Source of the DNA: a virus
IMG/VR virus record: IMGVR_UViG_3300009509_000009
Location: 15,666-79,665 of that record
DNA length: 64,000 nucleotides
Strand: one strand, 5' to 3'
Positions 1 through 10,300 of this stretch are shown here, piece by piece. The position numbers and the translations under genes were made by a program. Position 1 is the stretch's first letter, and every line of letters starts with the position of its first letter. The notes below the pieces were generated by a model. The model was given only the letters and a program-made list of their open reading frames with translations. It searched no databases and was not told where the DNA came from.

Positions 1-513
1 CTGTATCCAGCCTATGCTGGGTACCTCCAGGAACCTATCGATCTCCTTCTTCCACTGCTTCAGGATGTGAACCTTGTCGTTTATGACCAGGGTCGGCTTC
101 CCCCACTTAGCCAGGCAGTGGAGCATGATCACCGTCTTGCCCTTACCACAGCTAAGATTGAGGATGCCGCCGGTGGCGGACACGACATCATCGTAGGCTC
201 GAGTCTGTTCGTCCCTCTCTGGCATGAGGGAATCTAGCTCGATGCTACTACGGATATCTGCCCGCTCGTATTCTGTCGGTCTAAGGTCCACCACGTCATA
301 CGGCAGCTTAGCAGGATCGATCCTGCAGCGTGGTATTCCAAGGTGGTGTCTACTTTCTCTCCAGCACTCTATGTACTCCAGCCTGTCCCCCTTCACGTAG
401 GGAATGCGGAGTGAGCGACGGAGCGTCTCGACGGCAATCCTTTTCTTCGGTAGCCAGAGCCATGTGTCTATGTACCCGAGCTCTGGGTCCCTGTCTGGTA
501 TGGTGTAGATCAT
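1..513 (-). CDS. Superfamily 2 (DEAD/DEAH-like) helicase, N-terminal part, runs off the window edge
   Basis: Not in the ORF track. Hand translation from ATG 513 is open to base 1 and contains Walker A 'GILNLSCGKGKT' and motif Ia-like 'TLVINDKVHILKQW'. Confidence 0.8.
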   Translation of the reverse strand, partial: MIYTIPDRDPELGYIDTWLWLPKKRIAVETLRRSLRIPYVKGDRLEYIECWRESRHHLGIPRCRIDPAKLPYDVVDLRPTEYERADIRSSIELDSLMPERDEQTRAYDDVVSATGGILNLSCGKGKTVIMLHCLAKWGKPTLVINDKVHILKQWKKEIDRFLEVPSIGWIQ

Positions 514-528
514 ACTACTCCAGTAGCA

Positions 529-978
529 TCAATCGAGATCGACGTCTATCAAGTCGTCGTCATCATCGATCTTCACTTTCTTGGCCACCTTCTTCTTGGG
601 CGGCTCTGTTTTGGGTGGCGGATCGGGGTCCTGATCCACTGGGGCTGGCACCCCTCTTGACGAGAACGGGAATCTCCACTCCTGGAAGAACACGCATACC
701 TCGCCGCCCATGGCGCTGATTGCGCCAGAGGCCATGTTCTTGGCTATGCGAGCAGCTGGGTGCTCACCGTCAGCCGGTAGGATGTAGTTCTTGTTGGTGC
801 GGTACCCATAGTCCGCCTGGTTGGCGTTGGGGCTGAACTCTCCCTTCGAGCCGACAGCTGCACCCTTCTGTCGTCTTCGCCTAAGAAAGACGTCCTTGCA
901 TGCGTACTCGTCTATGCACTCGTCGCACACAGGATCGTCTGTCTCCCACTCCTTCCCAAAGCATGGCTTTCTTCCCAC
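529..978 (-). CDS. Hypothetical protein with N-terminal Cys cluster
   Basis: GTG start with AAGGAGG RBS; C-x11-CxxC-x5-C; acidic/basic C-terminus. Confidence 0.7.
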   Translation of the reverse strand: MGRKPCFGKEWETDDPVCDECIDEYACKDVFLRRRRQKGAAVGSKGEFSPNANQADYGYRTNKNYILPADGEHPAARIAKNMASGAISAMGGEVCVFFQEWRFPFSSRGVPAPVDQDPDPPPKTEPPKKKVAKKVKIDDDDDLIDVDLD

Positions 979-1010
979 GTTACCTCCTTTGGCTAAGTGT
1001 CTAGCCTCTC

Positions 1011-1025
1011 CAGTGTTCTTATGAC
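1011..1025 (-). promoter_or_regulatory. Shared minus-strand upstream motif, copy 1 (GTCATAAGAACACTG)
   Basis: Matches 4 other intergenic copies; 33 nt upstream of the start at 978. Confidence 0.6.
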
Positions 1026-1041
1026 GAGGTGGCTGGGTGCT

Positions 1042-1069
1042 TTGCCAAGCGGTTTCGGGGTGGTAGACT
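1042..1069 (+). promoter_or_regulatory. Possible sigma70-like promoter (TTGCCA-16-TAGACT, extended -10 TG)
   Basis: Consensus resemblance upstream of the 1125 gene. Confidence 0.3.
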
Positions 1070-1124
1070 GGAGCGAGCTATTGTAAAAATCGTCGACGAC
1101 TGAGTCGATGCCTATGGAGGAACG

Positions 1125-2345
1125 ATGATCAAGGTAGCCGGGGCTGTAGTGGACCCCTATGATGACGACTTCGCTTCCTTGAAGGACATGGCTGGAGGGC
1201 GGGGGCTCCCAGAGTTCATCAAGCAGGCAGGGATCATGGAGCCTACGGCACTCAAGAACCTGCCTGATCATGCCTTCGCCGTCGTCATTCTTGGAGACGG
1301 TGAGCCCATGAGGAAGTTCGCGTGTGTGGATAAGGCACACACCGCAGTCAACGTGATGTACTTCACAGAGTACGGCGCTGATCTCCCCGCCCCCGTCAAG
1401 GAGAAGGTAGCCACCAATCTCTGCAAAGCCTGCGAACATTTTGGGCTTGAGGCCCCTCCTCACATCAGGAAGGAGGCGGCTGGAGCCAAGAGACTCCTCA
1501 AGCATGACGGCGCAGAGATGATCGTGCCGGCGCGTGAGGGAGAGAAGACTTCAGAGCTCACCGGCACGATGACCATGCCGAACACGAAGCCGGTGCGCGT
1601 CAAGAAGGCGTCAGTACTCGACGAGCCATACGTGCATGTCTCGAGCTTCATTCCCAAGACAGCTTCGACGACTCCCATGGACCCGGGTGTGTACGCTCTG
1701 GACAACGGGCAGCTCCCGCTGCTTGGATTCGACCAGGTCCTCGAGGCTGTGGACTACTTCGACAAGTATGCCATGAAGATGCACCCGAGAAAGCGCCATG
1801 ATTTCGCAGTGAAGGTGGCCGCTCGGGCGGAGCAGCTCGGCATTCCCGTGTCTGAAGATCTCGAGAAGTATGGGTCGCGCAAGTACGCGCAGGCCGGCTC
1901 GATCAAGGTGGCTGTCGAGACGCGAAAGCGCATGTGGCATAGCCTTGGAGACGGGGAGCGGCACGGAATCGGTGGAGAGATGCTCGACCGTCTCTTCGAG
2001 AAAAGAGCGAGCGTCAATCCCGAGGTGTTTGCCGAATCCCTAGCTGAGCTTGACGCGCAGCTCGGCCTGTCCCACTACTGGGATAGCGGCATTCCCGATC
2101 CCTGGTACAGCACGTTCGGGATCGAGAAGAAGGCAGCGTGGTCCTGGAATCAGGGCGGCGAGTACGTCACCGAGGATGAGCTCACGCGGCTGGCACGGGA
2201 AGAGACTGATCTCTTGGAGGATAGATTCGGGAACGACGTGGCTAAGGGGTTGGCAAACAACCCCACGACCGTGTTCGACTCGCTTCCTCTGGATAAGAAG
2301 CGTATCATCGCTCGGATGGCCCAACAGAGGGGCTCTGGTTTGTGA
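1125..2345 (+). CDS. Hypothetical virion-module protein rich in KxA motifs
   Basis: 406 aa, GGAGG RBS; KVAG, KQAG, KEAA, KKAS, KTAS, KRAS, KKAA. Confidence 0.8.
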   Translation: MIKVAGAVVDPYDDDFASLKDMAGGRGLPEFIKQAGIMEPTALKNLPDHAFAVVILGDGEPMRKFACVDKAHTAVNVMYFTEYGADLPAPVKEKVATNLCKACEHFGLEAPPHIRKEAAGAKRLLKHDGAEMIVPAREGEKTSELTGTMTMPNTKPVRVKKASVLDEPYVHVSSFIPKTASTTPMDPGVYALDNGQLPLLGFDQVLEAVDYFDKYAMKMHPRKRHDFAVKVAARAEQLGIPVSEDLEKYGSRKYAQAGSIKVAVETRKRMWHSLGDGERHGIGGEMLDRLFEKRASVNPEVFAESLAELDAQLGLSHYWDSGIPDPWYSTFGIEKKAAWSWNQGGEYVTEDELTRLAREETDLLEDRFGNDVAKGLANNPTTVFDSLPLDKKRIIARMAQQRGSGL

Positions 2346-2383
2346 TCACCCCGGTCAGGGAGATCGGGTAGGAGGAAAGCAAA

Positions 2384-3106
2384 ATGGCAAGTAAGGCAAT
2401 GGCGCAACAGCGTGCAGCGAAGCCCCACCTGACCTCGGGGAAGGGTGGCGTGGCTGGTGAGGTGGACGATCTTCGAGGGGATGTCGACAGCGCCCTCGAG
2501 ACCTTCGAGTCCCGCTCGGGCTATCCAGAGCTCGACTACATCGACGGGGCAGGTCCGGCAGCAGCCGGCGGTGATATGGTCATGGTCGGCAGGCTTCTCC
2601 TGCAAGGTCAGGCCTTCGCCAGCCTGACGCTCGGCGCATCGCTCGACATCATCGCCAGGGTCCCCGGCAGGGCCGGCAACGACTACAGCGTGGAGGTCAT
2701 CGACTCCGGCGGCGTGGGTGGACTGGCAGTGTCGTGGGCAGCAGACAAGCTCACGATCGACCTCGATGGTGCAACCCCCAACGAGGATGCCATCGCCACG
2801 GCCATCAACGACGCCGGCGTTGGGTCCCCGCTGCGAGCGAACTCAGGTGGTGGAGCGGCCTTCGGTACGGTCGCCGAGACCTCGCTGGCCGGCGGAGCTG
2901 GCGACGGCTGGAGCTGTACGGTTGGTGGCTTCGACGCCCCGATCAAGTTCGACACGGGTGCTGCGACGTCCAACGCCAACCTCACCGAGACTCAGGTCAC
3001 CGTTACTGTCCCGGCTTTGGCCCCGATCGTCGCCACCGACAAGGCGCACGTCTCGGTCACGACGGATGGGATCCGGTCCGACCTCGGTGCGGTGGCAGTC
3101 GAGTAG
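2384..3106 (+). CDS. Putative virion structural protein (G/A/T-rich, beta-rich)
   Basis: 240 aa, AGGAGG RBS; composition resembles sheath accessory or decoration domains. Confidence 0.65.
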   Translation: MASKAMAQQRAAKPHLTSGKGGVAGEVDDLRGDVDSALETFESRSGYPELDYIDGAGPAAAGGDMVMVGRLLLQGQAFASLTLGASLDIIARVPGRAGNDYSVEVIDSGGVGGLAVSWAADKLTIDLDGATPNEDAIATAINDAGVGSPLRANSGGGAAFGTVAETSLAGGAGDGWSCTVGGFDAPIKFDTGAATSNANLTETQVTVTVPALAPIVATDKAHVSVTTDGIRSDLGAVAVE

Positions 3107-3111
3107 TAGAG

Positions 3112-4125
3112 GTGGCTGAACGTCAGCATGAGGATGATCTGTATCAGTTGCTTCGAGGCGTGAACAAGAATGAAGTCGCGCCTCGGGGCACTGATGCGGT
3201 TCAGCCTGCCGTCGCCTCTTATGACACCCTCATCGAGCCTCCCATAAAGGATGCTACGCCCGAGGAGGATGAGCCGACCAACGAGCCGACGGATAAAGTG
3301 CCAGAAGAGGACGGTCAGCCGCAGTCCCCAGAGGGTGGAGCCGATTACAAGCCGTTCACCCTTCGATCAGTATTCGCTCATCACGACTCTCACCCACTCC
3401 TGATGGACATGCTTCTCCTAGAGAAGTATGGACTCGACTGGTTGACGTGGGAGCCGGAGACGCTCTGGGATGCGATCTCGGAGGACTTCAAGACCACGGT
3501 AAGCACCAACAATGCCAGCATGATCCAAGCGGCGAAGACGTGCCACCTGGTCGAGACGCCTTGGGTAGCGTGGGAGATCTTCGTACCAGTCTGCCAGGCG
3601 TTCAACAACAACATTCCAAACTTCAGGACGTTCTTCAAACCTACGATTCCGCAGACGATGTTTGCGGTCGAGGTGATGAACTCTATCGACGACCGCAAGT
3701 TCAGCGAGGAGCTGGAGCGGTTCGTTGCTGCAGTCTTCCTGGACGCCAGCGTCTTCTACCTGCCGCCTCCAGTCGACTTCGCCCAGAAGATGGCGATGCA
3801 GATCGAGTATCGCTGTTCCAGATGTGGTAGAGTTGATCTGGATGACGACAACCTCATGTGCGATTCCTGCGGCGCTCCTCAATCGGCGCTCAAGACGATT
3901 CCGAAGTGGGACCCCGAGCCTACGAAGAAGCGTTATGAGCACATACTGTCGCAAGGAGAGGAGCATGATGTGCTGCAGGAGAAGGGGGTTGACGTCCAGG
4001 TTGCCAAGCTGCTGGTCGCCAGGAACTACCTGGATTACAGGAAGAAGCAGCTGGCGGATCAACTAAAGGCGGTCGAGGATGAGCGACTACAACTACGATC
4101 TGGCTCTCGTAGACGGCCAGCTTGA
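3112..4125 (+). CDS. Hypothetical protein with Zn ribbon
   Basis: Probable GTG start at 3112 inside ORF 2734..4125; CSRCG...CDSCG. Confidence 0.75.
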   Translation: MAERQHEDDLYQLLRGVNKNEVAPRGTDAVQPAVASYDTLIEPPIKDATPEEDEPTNEPTDKVPEEDGQPQSPEGGADYKPFTLRSVFAHHDSHPLLMDMLLLEKYGLDWLTWEPETLWDAISEDFKTTVSTNNASMIQAAKTCHLVETPWVAWEIFVPVCQAFNNNIPNFRTFFKPTIPQTMFAVEVMNSIDDRKFSEELERFVAAVFLDASVFYLPPPVDFAQKMAMQIEYRCSRCGRVDLDDDNLMCDSCGAPQSALKTIPKWDPEPTKKRYEHILSQGEEHDVLQEKGVDVQVAKLLVARNYLDYRKKQLADQLKAVEDERLQLRSGSRRRPA

Positions 4126-5050
4126 CGAGTTTCAAAAGATCGCCTTCGTCGGTAGGGTGGCTCGAGCTCTTGGCCGTGGCACGGCTATGAGAGGTGCTGC
4201 CATAGGCGGAGGCATCGGTGCGTTGAGTGGCGGCGCTCTCGGAGCAGCTTCAGCTGACCCTTCACAGGGAACAATGGGCAGGGTTCAGGGAGCTATATCA
4301 GGAGCTCTGTCTGGCGGCATCCTTGGTGCTGGCACCGGTACCGTAGCGACGAAGGCTGGTAGGCAGTGGATAGGACGTGCTGGTAAGGCGCAGGTGCACG
4401 GGCTGACTGGCTGGGTGCCCGGTTCAAGGAAAGCTGGCAAGGGATTCTTCGGACAGCACATGAATCCAGCAGAGAGGGCCAAGGCCCTCGAGGGCCTTGG
4501 CATCACCGCTCCGAAGGGACGACTGTCTCACGGTCAGGCGCTCGGAAAGATTCAGCAGGGCAGGCTTACTGGGAAGCTCCCATCGGGGATGCAGCAGCAG
4601 CTCGCCGATCTCTCCGTGGCACGTCACATGGCTCAGCAACAGCAGGTGAGCAAAGGACTCACGTCCGTACCAGGATTCGTCAAAGGAATGGTGAAGGACC
4701 CGACTGGCACAGCAAAGACTGGCCTCCTCGCCGCCGGCGGACTTGGTACAGCGATGACTCTTGGCTTCAGTGCTCCTGAGGCTATCCAGGCGGCCAAGGA
4801 AAGGGACATCAAGAGGCTCGGAGGATCTCTGGCGGAGACTGGATTCTACGCAATGGGCGGTGGTATCCCCATGCTTGGGTCCATGGCACTCGGAAGTGGT
4901 GTCAGACGTCTGGGGCAGGCTCCTGGCGCTCTGGTGGAGAAGGTGATGGGCCAAGGACCTCAGCCGGGTCAGCCGCAACGAACGATGGGTAGCGGCGCCC
5001 AGAGGGCTGCGGCTCAGAGGGCTGTTCACCACATGACTAGGGAGGGCTGA
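4079..5050 (+). CDS. Gly-zipper protein with DEFQKIA leader (candidate capsid cargo/ejection protein)
   Basis: 'LDEFQKIAF' followed by GAAIGGGIGALSGGALGA-type segments. Confidence 0.7.
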   Translation: MSDYNYDLALVDGQLDEFQKIAFVGRVARALGRGTAMRGAAIGGGIGALSGGALGAASADPSQGTMGRVQGAISGALSGGILGAGTGTVATKAGRQWIGRAGKAQVHGLTGWVPGSRKAGKGFFGQHMNPAERAKALEGLGITAPKGRLSHGQALGKIQQGRLTGKLPSGMQQQLADLSVARHMAQQQQVSKGLTSVPGFVKGMVKDPTGTAKTGLLAAGGLGTAMTLGFSAPEAIQAAKERDIKRLGGSLAETGFYAMGGGIPMLGSMALGSGVRRLGQAPGALVEKVMGQGPQPGQPQRTMGSGAQRAAAQRAVHHMTREG

Positions 5051-5055
5051 GTCTG

Positions 5056-6939
5056 ATGTTTGATTTCAACAGAGCACCAGCTACTCGCCCAACCATGGCC
5101 CCCGGCCGTATTCAGGGTGGCCAACGGCTCCAAGGTGTGAACTACCCGAGCCCGTTCTTCGATGTCGCTCATACGTACCTGCCAACAACCATCAAGCAGA
5201 TGTTTCGGTGGTGCAGGTATTACTACCTCACCAATCCGTTGATCGCCGCAACCGTCAACAAGATGGCGGAGTACCCGATCACTGACATCTTGGTGGACGA
5301 GGACAACAAGGGGCTGAAGCAGAAGTGGGAGGACTTCTTCGAGGACACTCTTCAGCTACGCCCATTCCTGATCGAGGCTGGTCTGTTCTACATGACCTAC
5401 GGCAATGCCATGATCTCGATCAGCCATCCGTTCATCAAGTGGCTCACATGCAAGCATTGTGGCCACAAAGTCCAGGCCAGGAAAGCTCGGTTCCAGTTCA
5501 GAGAAACGAAGTTCTTCCTGCACTGTGATCACTGCGGCACGAGCGGTGACGCCGTAGCCTTTGACCAGTACCTCAGGACTCCTCATAAGCTGAAGCTCAT
5601 CCTGTGGAATCCCGAGGACATCGAGATCAGATACAACGAGCTGACTGGGGAGACCACGTACTACTACACAGTCCCCCAGAAAACCAAGAACGAGATCACT
5701 CTGGGCAAGCGAGATGTGGTAACCACAGTCCCGCAGGTGTTCATCGACTCGGTGAAGTCCCGCAAGGCTGTAATCATTTCGCCTGACAACATCTTCCATC
5801 TCAGACGCCCGTCCATACTGACTGGCAAGAGAGATAGAGGATGGGGTATCCCGATCATCCTTCCTGTTCTGAAGGACGTCTTCTACCTGCAGCTGATGAA
5901 GAAGGCCCAGGAGGCTATCCTACTCGAGCGCATCGTTCCTCTCACAGTGCTGTTCCCACAGCCTGGATCTGGTACATCAGACCCATTCCAGATGGTGAAT
6001 CTGCAGGACTGGAAGAACCAGGTCGTCAAGGAGATCCAGCGTTGGAGGATTGATAGGAACTACATTCCGGTCATGCCGCTGCCACTGGGCAACCAGGTTG
6101 TCGGTGGGGACGGTAGAGCTCTGCTACTCAGCCAAGAGATCAAGATCTGGAGTGATCACATCATCTCTGGAATGGGAGTGCCCAACGAGTTTGTCTTTGG
6201 TGGTCTGCAGTGGTCTGGGTCGAACGTGTCTCTCCGGATGCTCGAGAACCAGTTCATGCGGTACGTGCAGGACCTTGGAAGATTCCTCCGTATCTTCCTG
6301 GTGCCCAAGATCGCTGCGTACCTCGACTGGCCCAAGGTCAACGTCAGGTTCAAGCCGTTCAAGATGGCTGATGATCTACAGCGCAAGGCTCTGTACATGC
6401 AGCTCAACCAAGCTGGTAAGCTCAGCGATACGACACTGCTCAACGACTGCGACTTCAATCCCGAGGATGAGGACGAGCTCATGGCCACTGAGACGGAGCG
6501 TCGTCTCGAGGCTGTCAAGAAGCAACAGCTCGCTGAGGCTGAGATCCAGGGAGAGATGGGTGTCATCCAAGCCAGGTACCAAGCCAAGGCTCAGCAAGTC
6601 ATTGCTGAGGAGCAGGAGCAGATGGCCCGAGGCACGCAGGGCACAGCTCAGGGTGAGCCTGGTGCGGAGATGGGAGGAGGCCCGGCTACAGCTCCGGAGC
6701 AGCAACCCGCTCCTCCTTCAGGAGCTCCACCTCCTCAGATGATGCCTCAGATCATTCAGAGGATGAGAGCCATGAGCCCGGACGCCCAGGTAGGTCTTCT
6801 GAAACAGATCGCTCAGAGGAATCCGGAGATGGCTATGCAGATCGCCGAGGCACTCCAGCCAGGCGAAGAGATGACGCGCGGTGAGCCGCTGCCCGAGACT
6901 CTTCCTCCGAGGAGAGACGCGGCCAGCGCTCTGATATAG
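5056..6939 (+). CDS. Portal protein with Zn-ribbon insertion
   Basis: 627 aa; portal-like N-terminus (CRYYYLTNPLIAATVNKMAEYPI), 'NIFHLRR...RGWGIP', 'IISGMGVP..F.FGG', Q/P-rich tail; structural context. Confidence 0.75.
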   Translation: MFDFNRAPATRPTMAPGRIQGGQRLQGVNYPSPFFDVAHTYLPTTIKQMFRWCRYYYLTNPLIAATVNKMAEYPITDILVDEDNKGLKQKWEDFFEDTLQLRPFLIEAGLFYMTYGNAMISISHPFIKWLTCKHCGHKVQARKARFQFRETKFFLHCDHCGTSGDAVAFDQYLRTPHKLKLILWNPEDIEIRYNELTGETTYYYTVPQKTKNEITLGKRDVVTTVPQVFIDSVKSRKAVIISPDNIFHLRRPSILTGKRDRGWGIPIILPVLKDVFYLQLMKKAQEAILLERIVPLTVLFPQPGSGTSDPFQMVNLQDWKNQVVKEIQRWRIDRNYIPVMPLPLGNQVVGGDGRALLLSQEIKIWSDHIISGMGVPNEFVFGGLQWSGSNVSLRMLENQFMRYVQDLGRFLRIFLVPKIAAYLDWPKVNVRFKPFKMADDLQRKALYMQLNQAGKLSDTTLLNDCDFNPEDEDELMATETERRLEAVKKQQLAEAEIQGEMGVIQARYQAKAQQVIAEEQEQMARGTQGTAQGEPGAEMGGGPATAPEQQPAPPSGAPPPQMMPQIIQRMRAMSPDAQVGLLKQIAQRNPEMAMQIAEALQPGEEMTRGEPLPETLPPRRDAASALI

Positions 6940-6941
6940 GA

Positions 6942-6981
6942 CTAAAAGAAATCGCCGGACCCGTTGGAACGAGCCCGGCGA
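6942..6981 (-). terminator. Intrinsic terminator-like hairpin
   Basis: TCGCCGG...CCGGCGA stem followed on the minus strand by TTTCTTTTAG. Confidence 0.7.
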
Positions 6982-7008
6982 CGTGGGGTTTCCTTGGCTA
7001 CTCTTTAC

Positions 7009-7104
7009 CTACCGTTGTCGACTGGCCGTCTCTTTGACGACGAGGTAGTGGGTCACCCGGGCAAGGTAGGTGCCCACTGCAGCCAGGATGAAAAGCTCAA
7101 CCAT
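7009..7104 (-). CDS. Small 31-aa putative membrane peptide
   Basis: MVELFILAAVGTYLARVTHYLVVKETASRQR; GAGGAGG RBS; not in the ORF track. Confidence 0.5.
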   Translation of the reverse strand: MVELFILAAVGTYLARVTHYLVVKETASRQR

Positions 7105-7234
7105 CGTCGTCCTCCTCTTCATCGTCGTCTTGGCGATCGTCCTGTTGTTCTTGAGCTGGTTGGCTCTGAGAACTCATGGCTAGAAGATCGTTCTCGAGGG
7201 CTGCGAAGAAATCCGGCTTGTTCCACTCTCCCAT
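7097..7234 (-). CDS. Small 45-aa acidic protein
   Basis: MGEWNKPDFFAALENDLLAM...DDDEEEDDDG; AAGGGG RBS; downstream of the shared motif. Confidence 0.55.
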   Translation of the reverse strand: MGEWNKPDFFAALENDLLAMSSQSQPAQEQQDDRQDDDEEEDDDG

Positions 7235-7286
7235 ATCCAATCCCCTTCTTTTCCCTGCGAGAGTTGGAATCTAAGCTGGTGCTCTT

Positions 7287-7301
7287 CAAAGCTCTTATAA
7301 C
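7287..7301 (-). promoter_or_regulatory. Shared minus-strand upstream motif, copy 2 (GTTATAAGAGCTTTG)
   Basis: 53 nt upstream of ATG 7234. Confidence 0.6.
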
Positions 7302-7308
7302 CACTAGA

Positions 7309-7338
7309 TTGACCACCCTGCGGCGAGGCTGCTAAGGT
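7309..7338 (+). promoter_or_regulatory. Possible sigma70-like promoter for the RNAP gene (TTGACC-18-TAAGGT, extended -10 TG)
   Basis: Consensus resemblance 27 nt upstream of ATG 7366. Confidence 0.35.
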
Positions 7339-7365
7339 GAGTAGGCTGGAAACATAGGAGAAAAT

Positions 7366-10300
7366 ATGGCCCGGCTAGACCCTAGAGAGGGGTTCGAGCT
7401 CCTCAAAGACAGGGTGACTACCGAGGTGAAGGCTGCGTTCCCCCAGGAGGGGAACGATCACATTCTCGACATCGAGAATGTGGAGATCCAGGACGAGCTG
7501 GACCCCGAGGATATTGAGGGTCAGAAGAAAGCGAAGCTCGGTGGATCAACCTGGGGAGTCCCCGTGAAAGCAGAGTTCGTCTTGAAGGACAAGGCGAGCG
7601 GCAAGGTCATCAACCGAAGTAAGATCAAGGTGGCGACGATCCCGAAGCATACTCGTCGTCATTCCTTCATAGTCGGTGGATCTGAGTACCAGGTGGACAA
7701 CCAGTGGCGGTTGAAGCCCGGTATCTACACACGTGTCGCGCAGAACGGTCAGCTCGAGTCACGGTTCAACTTCCAGGGCAAGATGAACCTCGATATGATC
7801 TTCGACCCCAAGAGCAGGAAGTTTCAGCTCAAGCACGGTGGGTCGAAGCCGCCGCTCTATCCAATACTCAAGGCGGTTGGCGTTGACGACGACGCGCTAC
7901 AGCAGGCGTGGGGCAAAGAGATCCTCAACGCCAACAAGACAACGCCGAATGGAAAGGCGCTGAACGTAGAGAAGCTAGCGATCGGTTTCGCCAAGAGACT
8001 CGATCCAAACAAAGACGTCAAGAACTTCGACGACGCTGGAGATGTCATTCGTGAATACATGGGTACGGCGGAGCTCAGACCCGACGTGACCAAGCTCACG
8101 CTAGGCAAGGAGTTCAATACCATCACGCCTGAAGCACTCACGAGGACGTCGGGTAGACTTCTTGGTGTAGCTAGAGGCGACAAGCCAGACGTGCGGGATG
8201 CTCTGCAGTTCAAAGATCTTCTCAGCACGGAGGACTTCATCGCTGAGCGTCTTCAGCAAAGCGCCAAGATCATCAAGCGCAGGATACAGAACAACATAGA
8301 TCGAAGGACCACCGTTCGTGAGATCGTGGGGCCAGACATTTTCGATCGACCCGTCAAAGAGTTCTTCTCGAAGACGTCGCTGGCGAATACACCTCAGCAG
8401 GTCAATCCACTCGAGATGTTGTCCGGCCAGCAGCGTACCACTATCACTGGAGAGGGTGGAGTCAAGAGCGCACACAAGATCCAAGAGGACGCAAAGCTAG
8501 TAGATCCGTCACACTTCGGTGTGCTCGACCCACTACACACTCCGGAGTCCGACAAGACAGGAGTGACACTACACCTTGCCATGAGCGCCGTGAAGAAGGG
8601 CAACAAGGCCTTCGTCCCACTGCACAATGTCAAGACTGGAAAGGTAGAGTATCTCGATCCAGAGACGGTCAATGAGAAGATCGTGGCAATGCCGGATGAG
8701 GGTAGGTGGGACAAGGGTAAGTGGGTGCCCAACGCGAAGAAGGTCAAGGCGAGTACGCTGGGCAATGAGATTCGAGACGTCGACTCCTCCAAGGTCCAGT
8801 ACGTCATGAAGAATCCTGGTCAGATGTTCTCTCTCGCCACCAACATGGTTCCGTTCCTCTCCTGCGACTCCCCGAATAGATCATCCATGGCTGGGAAGCA
8901 GATGGAGCAGGCGATCTCGCTGAAGTATAGAGAGCCGCCTCTAGTTCAGGTAGCGCGAGGAGACGGGACCAAGAAGACCTTCGACGAGTTCGTCGGGCGA
9001 TATGCCTCTCATGAATCCCCAGTTGATGGGAAGGTGACCAACATCACTGACACGTTCATGGAGGTCAAGTCGGGGCGCAAGACACACAAGGTCCAGCTGT
9101 ACAAGGACTATCCCCTCAATGACAAGAAGGGTCTTCTCCAGAGTACCCCTACGGTGAAGGTAGGGGACAAGGTGATGAAAGGGCAGACTGTAGCCGATAC
9201 CAACTTCACAAAGGGCGGAGTCTACGCGCCTGGAGTGAACCTCAACATCGGGTACACGCCGTGGAAGGGCTACAACTTCGAGGACGGTGTGGTGATCTCT
9301 GAGTCTGCTGCGAAGAAGCTGACTTCAGAGCACATGCACAAGAAGACCCTGTCCACAAAGGAGGCGAAAGCTCCCGGCAAGGAAGTCTTCATGTCCCACT
9401 TTGCCAGCAGTCTGGACAAGGAGCAGGCAGAGAAGCTGGACAGAGACGGCATCATCAAGCCGGGCATGAGGATCAGAAAGGGCGACACTCTCATCGCTGC
9501 AGTGGCCGACGCCCCGCCCACTACTGAGAATCAGATGTTCAAGAATCTCCACCGATCATTGGTGCAGCCATTCGACAACCGATCTATCACCTGGGAAGAA
9601 GACCAGGAGGGTGAAGTCGTCAATGTCACCAAGAAGGGGAAGAAGATCCAGGTTCACGTCAAGACTGAAGAGCCGATGACTGTTGGCGACAAGATGGTTG
9701 GGCGCCACGGCAATAAGGGAATCGTCACCAAGATCTTGCCAGACAACGAGATGCCGTCGACCAAAGATGGCAAGCCCCTCGAGGTGCTGATGAATCCAAT
9801 CGGTATTGCTGGTCGGATGAACATCGGTCAGGTGCTTGAGACAGCAGCCTCTAAGGTAGCTGAGAAGCGCGGACGCCCGCTCAAGATCACAAACTTTGGA
9901 GTCAGTGATAGCCGCACGGAGATCGAGAATCTGCTGAAGCGGCATGGAGTATCAGATCGAGAGACCATTGTAGATCCAAAAGACGGGACGGAGATAGAGG
10001 GCATCCAGGTTGGAAAGCAGTACATCCTCAAGCTCCAACACCAAGTAGATAAGAAGATGTCTGCTCGAGACAGAGCTGGCTACGATCGTAACTTGATCCC
10101 AAAGGGCGGCGGGAAGCACGGTGCTCAGGCGCTAGGAGCTCTCGGCATGTACGCCATGTTAGCTCACGGGGCTAAGCACAACATCCGTGAGATGCAGACC
10201 TACAAGTCTGATAAGGCGCAGAACGACGATCTTTGGAGCGCCATTCAGACTGGTGAGCCACTGCCTCCTCCGAAGACTACCTTCGGGTATCAGAAGTTCG

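Noticed and set aside
2734-3111. N-terminal extension of ORF 2734..4125
   Set aside because: It overlaps the 2384..3106 gene in another frame and is Arg-rich junk. GTG 3112 is the more plausible start.
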